A stretch of 64,000 nucleotides of DNA from an uncultured Actinomycetes bacterium (GTDB lineage Bacteria; Actinomycetota; UBA4738; HRBIN12). The stretch spans positions 317,232 to 381,231 of the forward strand of contig CAVTIC010000007.1 in NCBI GenBank assembly GCA_963734685.1, written 5' to 3'. Position numbers and translations under genes: made by a program. The notes below the pieces were generated by a model that had not been told where the DNA came from, did not search any database, and saw nothing but the letters and a program-made list of their open reading frames with translations. This document shows positions 56,489-64,000 of the stretch, piece after piece. Positions within the stretch are counted from its first letter, which is position 1, and every line of letters starts with the position of its first letter.

Positions 56489-57199
56489 ATGCAGGAACCG
56501 ACCTTCTCGAGCGCGCTCGTGTTGTTCGCCCATCCCGACGACGCGGAGTTCATGTGCGGTGGCACGGTGGCGAAGTGGACCCGCGCCGGATGTGCGGTGC
56601 ATTACCTGGTCTGCACCGACGGCTCAGCGGGATCCAACGAGCCGGGGGCGGACCGCGCCGACGTCGCCCCGATCCGCGAGCGGGAACAGCGGGCTGCCGC
56701 TGACGTGCTCGGCGTGAAGAGCGTGACGTTCCTCGGCGAGATCGACGGTCTGCTCGAGGTGACGCCCGAGACGCGGAAGAAGGTCACCCGCGAGATCCGC
56801 CGGCTCCGGCCTGAGGTGCTCGTGGCTCCCGACCCATCGAGGCTCTGGTCGGGGCAGGGGTACATCAACCACTGGGACCACAAGCAGGCCGGACTGCTCG
56901 CGCTGACGGCCGTGATGCCCGACGCGCCCACGCGGGTGATGTTCCAGGAGCTCGAGAGCGAGGGCCTCGAGCCCTACGAGATCCCGAACCTGTGGCTCTC
57001 GAGCAACGAGCCCGACATCTACATCGACATCACCGAGACGATCGGTACGAAGGTCGCCGCGCTCGCGCAGCACGCCTCCGAGGAGGGGGAGGCGGCCGCG
57101 CCGTTCGTGCGCGACCGGGCGCGCCAGGTCGGGGAGGAAGCCGGCGTGGAGTACGCCGAGGCCTTCAAGGCGTTCCGTTTCGTGGACGACGATGAGTAG
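56489..57199 (+). CDS. PIG-L/LmbE family deacetylase
   Basis: FAHPDDAE, TDGSAG, REREQRAAA, NHWDH, HASE. Confidence 0.88.
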   Translation: MQEPTFSSALVLFAHPDDAEFMCGGTVAKWTRAGCAVHYLVCTDGSAGSNEPGADRADVAPIREREQRAAADVLGVKSVTFLGEIDGLLEVTPETRKKVTREIRRLRPEVLVAPDPSRLWSGQGYINHWDHKQAGLLALTAVMPDAPTRVMFQELESEGLEPYEIPNLWLSSNEPDIYIDITETIGTKVAALAQHASEEGEAAAPFVRDRARQVGEEAGVEYAEAFKAFRFVDDDE

Positions 57200-57721
57200 G
57201 TGAGCATGGACTTCGAGATGGATCACGAGCAGGACGAGCCGTTCGAGCTCTCGCCCGAGGAACGGCGCGACATCGAGGCCGACCTCGACGATCTCGCCGC
57301 GATGCGCACGGTCTTCTCGCCGCAGGGCGTGAAGGGCGTCGTGATCGCGTGCCAGGACTGCGGCGCGAACCACTTCTTCGAGTGGGAGCTGCTGCGCGAC
57401 AACCTGGAGCAGATGCTCACGACGGGCGACCCGCGCCCTCACGAGCCCGCGTTCGACCTCGCCGAGGACGAATACATCCAGTGGGACTACGGCAAGGGGT
57501 ACATCGACGCGGTCGCCGACGCCGGTCTCGAGCCCGACAAGCGGATCGAGGTCACCCAGTGCCCGTGGTGCGAGACGCCGTTCGACGGCGCGTTCGCGTT
57601 CTGCCCGACGTGCGGTCGAACGCTCGCGACCGTGCGGCTGTACCGGGAGCTGCTCGATCGCGGATTCGACGAGCGCGATGTGCGCGCCCTGCTCGTGCGC
57701 GCCGGCTACGAGCCGTTCTGA
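57200..57721 (+). CDS. DUF5319-like protein with C-terminal zinc ribbon
   Basis: DLDDL..F.PQGVKGVVIACQDC..H..WELL..N, HEPAF, WDY.KGY; CPWC..FCPTCG. Confidence 0.7.
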   Translation: MSMDFEMDHEQDEPFELSPEERRDIEADLDDLAAMRTVFSPQGVKGVVIACQDCGANHFFEWELLRDNLEQMLTTGDPRPHEPAFDLAEDEYIQWDYGKGYIDAVADAGLEPDKRIEVTQCPWCETPFDGAFAFCPTCGRTLATVRLYRELLDRGFDERDVRALLVRAGYEPF

Positions 57722-57809
57722 CGCGGTCCCGGAGTTGCGTGATCGGCCCGGTCGGGGGGACTATGGATACCTGCCTGCATCGGACTGCCCGCCGGGAGGG
57801 GGAAGGCCC

Positions 57810-58130
57810 ATGGCTCGGTTCATGTTCAAGGTCTCCTACAGCAAGGAGGGCATGCAAGGCGTGATGAAGGAAGGCGCGGTCAACCGGCGCACCTTCATCG
57901 AGAAGATGGCCGCCGAGATGGGCGGATCGATCACCTCGTTCGACTTCGCGTTCGGCGACACCGACGTCTACGCCATCGGCGAGATGCCCGACCAGATCAC
58001 GGCCGCGGCGGTCGCGACCGCGGTCGGCGCGGCGGGCACCGGCAGCATCGAGACCGTGGTGCTGCTCTCGGCCGAGGACATCGACCAGGCGATCTCGAAG
58101 CACGTGCCCTACCGGGCGCCCGGCGCCTGA
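57810..58130 (+). CDS. GYD-domain protein
   Basis: SYSKEG..G..KEG..R, GG...FAFGDTD, ETVVLL. Confidence 0.8.
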   Translation: MARFMFKVSYSKEGMQGVMKEGAVNRRTFIEKMAAEMGGSITSFDFAFGDTDVYAIGEMPDQITAAAVATAVGAAGTGSIETVVLLSAEDIDQAISKHVPYRAPGA

Positions 58131-58146
58131 GGGCAGGCGCGCGCCG

Positions 58147-60726
58147 TCACCGGCGCTTCGACGACCTCGACACGCGCCGGGAGCCGGCCAACGGCTCCGC
58201 CACGCACTCTTCGGGCGGCACGTCGGGCCGCATGCCTCGGAACGACGGCGCGCGCATCTTCCCCGTGCTCTTCGTCATCTCCAGGAACCGCACCTCGCAG
58301 ACCAGCTCCGGCTCGACGAACGCCGCGCCCTTCACGGCGGCGAGGTCCGGGTCGTCGATCGGCGGGTCGGGGCGCTTGAGCGGCTCGAGCTGGGCCATCA
58401 GCCCGTCGAGCATGCGGTCGGTGAACCCCGAGCCGACCTGACCGACCCATCGCAGCGCGCCGTCCTCGATCGCGCCGACCAGCAGCGCGCCGAACGATCC
58501 CGCTCGCCCTCCCTTGCCCGGCGTCCACCCCAGGATCACGCAGGCCTGGGTGTTCATCAGTTTGATCTTCCGCCAGTCCGGGCTGCGCCGACCGGGCAGG
58601 TAGGGCGAACCGGTCCGCTTCGCCATCACGCCCTCGAGCCCGAGTCTTCCCGCGGTCTCGGTGAACGCGACGCCGTCGCCTTCGACGTGTGCGGTGACCT
58701 GCAGCCGGTGGTCCTGCTCCACGATGAGCTCGAGCAGCTCGCGCCGCTGCTCCAGAGGCAGACCGGTCGTGTCGCGGCCGTCGAGCCAGAGCAGGTCGAA
58801 GGCGACGAGCGAGACCGGTGTCGTCTTCGACGCCCGGGCGATCGTCCGCTGCTCCGAGAGGTTCATACGTTGCTGCAGCACCTCGAACGAGGGCCGCCCG
58901 TCGTCGTCGAGCGCGACGATCTCCCCGTCGATCACGGCGTTCACCTGGTCGACGAGCTCGTGCACCATGTGCAGCTCGGGGTATTGGCTCGTGGCATCGC
59001 GTCCGGTTCGGGTGCGCAACGCCGTCTCCCCGGTCGAGAGATCGGCGAGGCACCGGATGCCGTCGAGCTTCGGCTCGAACCACCACGCCTCGTCGTCGAA
59101 CGCCTCCCACCCCCCCTCGGCGAGCATCGTCTGGAAGCGCGGAGGTGTAGGGATCAGCGGCGCCGACTGCGCGCTCGCGAGGAACGCCAGCCAGTCGGTC
59201 TTCGTCTTCACGAAGTGGAACTCGAGCCCCGGGTATCGCCGACCGTGCAACAGGAACGAGACCTTCGAGTCGGTCCACTCGACCGGCTCGTACCAGCCGT
59301 CGTCGAAGATGCGCACCTCGCCGGCGCCGTAGTGACCCTCGGGGATCGTGCCCTCGAACGAGCCGTACTCGAGGGGATGCACCTCGGTCTGGACCGCGAG
59401 ACGCTTGTCGCCCTTGACGATCGGGAGGCCCTTGGGCACCGCCCATGACGGCAGGCCCCCGTCACGCTCGAGCCGCACGTCGTAGTGCAGGCGGGTCGCC
59501 CGGTGCTTGTGGATCACGAACGAGTTGCCGGTCGGCGTGACCTCGCCGGGCGCGGGTTCGGTCGTGCCTTCGGGGCCGAAGTCGCGCCGTCGCACGTACT
59601 CGAACAACGCGGGATCCCTCGAGGCCGCCGCGATCTCTTCCGACGTGCGGCTCGCGACGGTCGTGGATGCGGTGCGGGGAAGCGGCGCCTCGATGTCGGG
59701 CCGTGCCTGGCCGTCGACCGTCTCGGGGTCGACCCCGAGCGCCTCGAGAGCCGTCGTGAGGTCGGCCGCCTCCGTCCGAACGCCTTCGAAGAGGTCGCCG
59801 ACCCGTTCGAACCGTTCCCACACGTTGTCGATGCGGAAGTCGGCGGGCTCGAATCCACCGTCGAACACCTCGTCCCAGGTGAGCGGCGTCGAGACCGGCG
59901 CGCGCGGCTCGGGACGCAACGAGTACGCAGCAGAGATGTTCGCGCCCGATCGGTTCATGTTGTGGTCGATGAAGATCTTGCCGGTGCGATCGGCGATCTT
60001 CCACGCCATCGTGACCCGGTCGGGGTCCGCGCCCTTGATCAGCCGGCCGGCGGCGCCCACGAAGGCGCGGACCGTGTCGTAGGAGTAGGCGCCCCGCCGC
60101 ACCGGCACGTAGATCTGCAGACCGGTCGCTCCGCTCGTCTTCGGGAACGCCGGCAGCCCGAGCTGGTCGAGCAGCACCTTGATGTGGCGGGCCACGACCA
60201 GCACGTCCTCGTACGTGTAGGGCTCGAACGGATCGAGGTCGAAGAAGAGGTAGTCGGGGTGCACCACATCGGCGCAGCGCGAGTGCAGCGGGTGGAACTC
60301 GATGCATCCGAGGTTCGCGACGTAGAGCAGCCCGGCCGCGTCGACGATCGTGAGGTAGTCGATCTCGCCGCCCTTCGCGTCCTCGCTCTGCACGACGCAG
60401 CGCCCGAGCCAGTCCGGGGTGTGCGAGGGGGCCGACTTCTCGTAGAAGTACTCGCCGTCGATGCCGTCGGGCATGCGCTTCATCGTGAGAGGACGCTCCG
60501 CGAGGTGCGGCAGGATCAGCCGGGCGACGTTCCGGTAGTAGGCGAGCAGGTCTCCCTTCGTGTAACCCTCGTCGGGCCAGAAGACCTTGGTGAGGTTCGA
60601 CAGGCGGAGCTCCCGGCCGTCGATCTCGGTCCACCACGCATCGCCATCGCGGGTCGCCTCGAGGGCCGTCGGCATCTCCACCGTGAACGGTTCCGTCGAG
60701 GTCCTGGCCCGTTTCCGCTTCGCCAT
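58147..60726 (-). CDS. ligD: NHEJ DNA ligase D (polymerase, phosphoesterase and ligase domains)
   Basis: LSNLTKVFWP, FDLDP, KTSGATG; HRATRLHYDVRLE, SWAVPKG; EPKLDGIR, EGVMAKR, WRKIK. Confidence 0.95.
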   Translation of the reverse strand: MAKRKRARTSTEPFTVEMPTALEATRDGDAWWTEIDGRELRLSNLTKVFWPDEGYTKGDLLAYYRNVARLILPHLAERPLTMKRMPDGIDGEYFYEKSAPSHTPDWLGRCVVQSEDAKGGEIDYLTIVDAAGLLYVANLGCIEFHPLHSRCADVVHPDYLFFDLDPFEPYTYEDVLVVARHIKVLLDQLGLPAFPKTSGATGLQIYVPVRRGAYSYDTVRAFVGAAGRLIKGADPDRVTMAWKIADRTGKIFIDHNMNRSGANISAAYSLRPEPRAPVSTPLTWDEVFDGGFEPADFRIDNVWERFERVGDLFEGVRTEAADLTTALEALGVDPETVDGQARPDIEAPLPRTASTTVASRTSEEIAAASRDPALFEYVRRRDFGPEGTTEPAPGEVTPTGNSFVIHKHRATRLHYDVRLERDGGLPSWAVPKGLPIVKGDKRLAVQTEVHPLEYGSFEGTIPEGHYGAGEVRIFDDGWYEPVEWTDSKVSFLLHGRRYPGLEFHFVKTKTDWLAFLASAQSAPLIPTPPRFQTMLAEGGWEAFDDEAWWFEPKLDGIRCLADLSTGETALRTRTGRDATSQYPELHMVHELVDQVNAVIDGEIVALDDDGRPSFEVLQQRMNLSEQRTIARASKTTPVSLVAFDLLWLDGRDTTGLPLEQRRELLELIVEQDHRLQVTAHVEGDGVAFTETAGRLGLEGVMAKRTGSPYLPGRRSPDWRKIKLMNTQACVILGWTPGKGGRAGSFGALLVGAIEDGALRWVGQVGSGFTDRMLDGLMAQLEPLKRPDPPIDDPDLAAVKGAAFVEPELVCEVRFLEMTKSTGKMRAPSFRGMRPDVPPEECVAEPLAGSRRVSRSSKRR

Positions 60727-60879
60727 GTCGGCGATGCTAGCCGTCGTCGATGGCGTCGGGTGTCGCCACCGTGGTAGGAAGCGACTCTCGAACGGCAGCA
60801 TCGTTCGGATGGAGGGACGATCCACTGAAGCGGAACCCCGAGGGGTTCTGTCGTCGGGGTCCCGGGGGAAGGAGGAGCG

Positions 60880-61131
60880 GTGAGCGACTGGATCGATCAG
60901 GCAGCATCCTCGCTCGGCGTCGAGTCGATCGACGACGACGCGCAGGAACGCCTCCTCGGCGCAGCGCGGGACGTCGCGCACGGCGTGGAGCGGAAACTCA
61001 CGCCGATCGCCACGTTCCTGCTGGGCGCGGCCGTGGAGCGACGGGTCGCTGCCGGCGAGGATCGTGGGGCGGCGTTCGCCGCGGCGATCGCGGATCTCGA
61101 GCGGGCGATCGACGCCGACCACGAGGCGTAG
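60880..61131 (+). CDS. Small protein, DUF6457-like
   Basis: WI..A..LG, LL.AARDVAHGVER..TPIATFLLG; AGGAG RBS. Confidence 0.7.
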   Translation: MSDWIDQAASSLGVESIDDDAQERLLGAARDVAHGVERKLTPIATFLLGAAVERRVAAGEDRGAAFAAAIADLERAIDADHEA

Positions 61132-61223
61132 CGCGCGGCCCTCCCATCGCGTCGGCGCCCGACGATAGAATCAGGTCTCCGTCCGCCACGCGACGGGAAC
61201 GCGACTTCCTCGGAGGGACTTCC

Positions 61224-62123
61224 ATGCCAAGAGCGATGTGGAAAGGGGCCATCTCGTTCGGCCTCGTGACGATCCCGGTCGCCGTCTACCCGGCGACCGA
61301 GGAGAAGACCTTGCGCTTCAACCAGCTGCACGATGAGGACATGGGGCGCATCCGATACAAGCGCATGTGCGAGAAGGACGGCGAGATCGTCGACTTCGAG
61401 CACATCGTCAAGGGGTACGAGTACGAGAAGGATCGCTACGTCGTGCTCACCGACGACGACTTCGACAAGGTGCCGGTCGAATCCAGCCGGGCTATCGACA
61501 TCCAGCAGTTCGTCGACCTCGACGAGATCGACCCGATGCTGTTCAAGAAGAGCTACTACCTCACGCCAGACGAGACCGGCGCGAAAGCGTACGCGCTGCT
61601 GCGTGAGGCGATGAGCCAGGACAACAAGGTCGGCATCGCGAAGGTGAGCTTCCGCGACAAGGAGCACCTCGCGGCGCTCCGTTTCAAGGACGACGCGTTC
61701 GTGCTCGAGACGATGTACTGGCCGGACGAGATCCGCGAGGCCGAGTTCGGCGACGTCGATGTGAGCGCGAAGGTCCGGGGCCAGGAGGTCGAGATGGCCC
61801 GTCAGCTGATCGAGAACCTCACCGCCGACTGGAACCCCGACGAGTTCACCGACGAGTACCGTGAGGCGCTGCTCACGATCGTCGAGGCGAAGATCAACGG
61901 CGAGGAGATCGAGGTCGTCGAGGCGGAGCCCACGGCGAAGGTCGTCGACCTGATGGAGGCGCTGAAGGCGAGCGTCGCCGCGGCGAAGAAGCAGGCCGAT
62001 GAGCCGGTCGCCAAGCCCGCCGCCAGGAAGTCGACAGCCAAGAAGTCGACGGCGAAGAAGCCAACCGCCAAGAAGGCGACCGCGAAGAAGACCACGGCCC
62101 GTAAGAAGGCCGTCGGGGAGTGA
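61224..62123 (+). CDS. ku: NHEJ DNA end-binding protein Ku with Lys/Ala-rich tail
   Basis: MWKGAISFGLVTIPV, IVKGYE, FVDLDEIDP, VVDLMEALKAS, (TAKK)n tail. Confidence 0.96.
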   Translation: MPRAMWKGAISFGLVTIPVAVYPATEEKTLRFNQLHDEDMGRIRYKRMCEKDGEIVDFEHIVKGYEYEKDRYVVLTDDDFDKVPVESSRAIDIQQFVDLDEIDPMLFKKSYYLTPDETGAKAYALLREAMSQDNKVGIAKVSFRDKEHLAALRFKDDAFVLETMYWPDEIREAEFGDVDVSAKVRGQEVEMARQLIENLTADWNPDEFTDEYREALLTIVEAKINGEEIEVVEAEPTAKVVDLMEALKASVAAAKKQADEPVAKPAARKSTAKKSTAKKPTAKKATAKKTTARKKAVGE

Positions 62124-63064
62124 CCTTCCCCGATCCGTACCGGGCTCGCCCGGCACGGCGCGACGACCTCGACGCGCTGGTCGAGTTGTTCGAAGCGCGT
62201 GACCTCGCCGACGTCGGCTTCATCGACCAAGCGCGAGACGAGATCCTCGAGGACTGGGCCTCGATCCGGTTCGAGTTCGACCGTGACACCGTGATCGCCG
62301 AAGCGCCCGACGGCACGATCGCCGCGTACGGGTTGGTCCTCGCGCTCGACGCCACGGTGCAGATCGTCGCGATGGGCAAGGTGCATCCGAGGCACGCCGG
62401 ACACGGGCTCGGGGCGGCCCTGCTCCGAGAGACCGAACGGCGCGCGCGTGAACGGCTCCCGTCAGGCACGCGGGCGCCTTTCCGCACCGGCACCCCCGAG
62501 ACCGACCGGGCCGCGATCGACCTGTTCGGGGTGTCCGGCTTCCGTCACGTGCGCTCCTTCTGGCACATGGAGCGCGCTCTGGTCGACGACGTGCCCCCGG
62601 CCGAGCCGCCGGCGGGCATCACCCTCCGCGCCGGCGATGCCGGCGACGACGAGGTGATCGCCTACCTCGTGCTCGACGAGGCCTTCCGAGAGAACTTCGG
62701 CTTCGAGCCGATCTCGCAGGGAGATTGGCTGAACGAGCTCGGGGGATGGCCTTCGTACGATCCGACCCTCACCGTGCTGGCGTTCGATGGTGGCATCCCG
62801 GTCGGCATCTCGATCAACAACGCCGCCGACGACGGCATCGGGTGGGTCGCGGACCTCGGGGTGTTGCCCGCATGGCGCAACCGGGGCATCGGCAAGGCAT
62901 TGTTGCTCCGGTCGTTCATCGAGCTCGCAGCTCGAGGACAGCGCGAGGTGCGGCTCGGCGTCGACACCCAGAACGCGACCGGCGCCACCCACCTTTACCG
63001 GGGCGCCGGTATGAAGGTGCGCCGGCAGTTCCACGTGTACGAGAAGCCACTCACGGGCGCGTAA
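62120..63064 (+). CDS. Tandem-GNAT acetyltransferase (MshD-like architecture)
   Basis: VHPRHAGHGLG and LGVLPAWRNRGIGKALL, LGVDTQNATGA..LY. Confidence 0.82.
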   Translation: MTFPDPYRARPARRDDLDALVELFEARDLADVGFIDQARDEILEDWASIRFEFDRDTVIAEAPDGTIAAYGLVLALDATVQIVAMGKVHPRHAGHGLGAALLRETERRARERLPSGTRAPFRTGTPETDRAAIDLFGVSGFRHVRSFWHMERALVDDVPPAEPPAGITLRAGDAGDDEVIAYLVLDEAFRENFGFEPISQGDWLNELGGWPSYDPTLTVLAFDGGIPVGISINNAADDGIGWVADLGVLPAWRNRGIGKALLLRSFIELAARGQREVRLGVDTQNATGATHLYRGAGMKVRRQFHVYEKPLTGA

Positions 63065-63433
<369 letters not shown>

Positions 63434-63453
63434 CCGACGGCGTCGACCGAGCG

Positions 63454-64000
63454 ATGGAAGGCACACCCGTGGGCGAGCCCATCGCGCGCCTCCGGGGGGA
63501 GCTGGCCGCGCTCGACCGCGCTTACTCAGCCGGACACCATGGACTCTGGTCGGCGACGCGTCGGGCCGAGATGTTCGATGTGGCGTTGCTCACGTTGTTC
63601 GGAGCGGCCGATCCACCTCCGGGCCTTGGCCTCGCGGCCCTCGGAGGATACGGACGACGTCAGCAGCTCCCCCGGTCTGACGTCGACCTCTTGATCGTGC
63701 ACGACGGCGAGCGGCCGGACGACGTCGCGGTGCTCACCGACCGTCTCCTCTACCCATTGTGGGACGCCGGGTTCGAGGTCGGCCACGCGGTGCGCACCCC
63801 ACGTGAGTGCGAGCAGATCGCGCGGGAGCGCCTCGATGCATTCACGTCGATGCTCGACCTCCGGCCGATCGCGGGTGACATCGCCCTCGCCGGCGAGGCG
63901 GCCGACCGTGTCCGCGACCTCGCCGGCGCGGACATCCCCGGGTTCGTCGGCTCGTTGCGACACGACGCCGACCTCCGTGCCGAGCGCTTCGGCGTGACCG
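63454..64000 (+). CDS. glnD: [Protein-PII] uridylyl/adenylyltransferase, 3'-truncated by window edge (not in the supplied ORF list)
   Basis: Manual translation: ALGGYGRRQQLPRSDVDLLIVH, LYPLWDAGFEVGHAVRT, LDLRPIAGD; follows P-II. Confidence 0.88.
   Translation, partial: MEGTPVGEPIARLRGELAALDRAYSAGHHGLWSATRRAEMFDVALLTLFGAADPPPGLGLAALGGYGRRQQLPRSDVDLLIVHDGERPDDVAVLTDRLLYPLWDAGFEVGHAVRTPRECEQIARERLDAFTSMLDLRPIAGDIALAGEAADRVRDLAGADIPGFVGSLRHDADLRAERFGVT

Noticed and set aside
62020-62110. Short tandem DNA repeats (ACnGCnAAGAAG)
   Set aside because: They encode the TAKK tail of Ku and have no spacers, so they are not CRISPR or a separate repeat element.

Overview
High-GC, densely coding 64 kb chromosomal window, most likely from an Actinomycetota genome (inferred from an Lsr2-like protein, a GylR-type IclR regulator, an F420-type LLM enzyme, Ku/LigD and many apparently leaderless genes). 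I found no rRNA, tRNA, CRISPR array, prophage or transposase. Main blocks: lgt and mrp with a divergent SufR-like regulator; pilT; two ECF sigma/anti-sigma pairs; nfeD-SPFH; a ~15 kb glycerol/dihydroxyacetone locus; ndh; tldDE; argCJBD-R-GH with an ARG box; ligD/ku; glnB-glnD (truncated). The strongest novelty candidate is in the glycerol locus. A short GlpA-type FAD glycerol-3-phosphate dehydrogenase lacking its usual C-terminal Fe-S domain is translationally coupled to SdhB-, SdhC- and SdhD-like subunits, with no sdhA or glpBC, suggesting a hybrid complex II-like G3P:menaquinone oxidoreductase. Other candidates are a ~170 nt rod-folding intergenic RNA, a zinc-ligand Lsr2 variant with an AT-hook, a second DhaL coupled to GylR, an acidic GxFAEGQ repeat microprotein, and a repeated ECF promoter linking a sigma factor to a cupredoxin. 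Two clear single-base homopolymer frameshifts, and one probable, suggest assembly indel errors. All family calls come from motif recognition by eye; no searches were run. Start codons were chosen by inspection.
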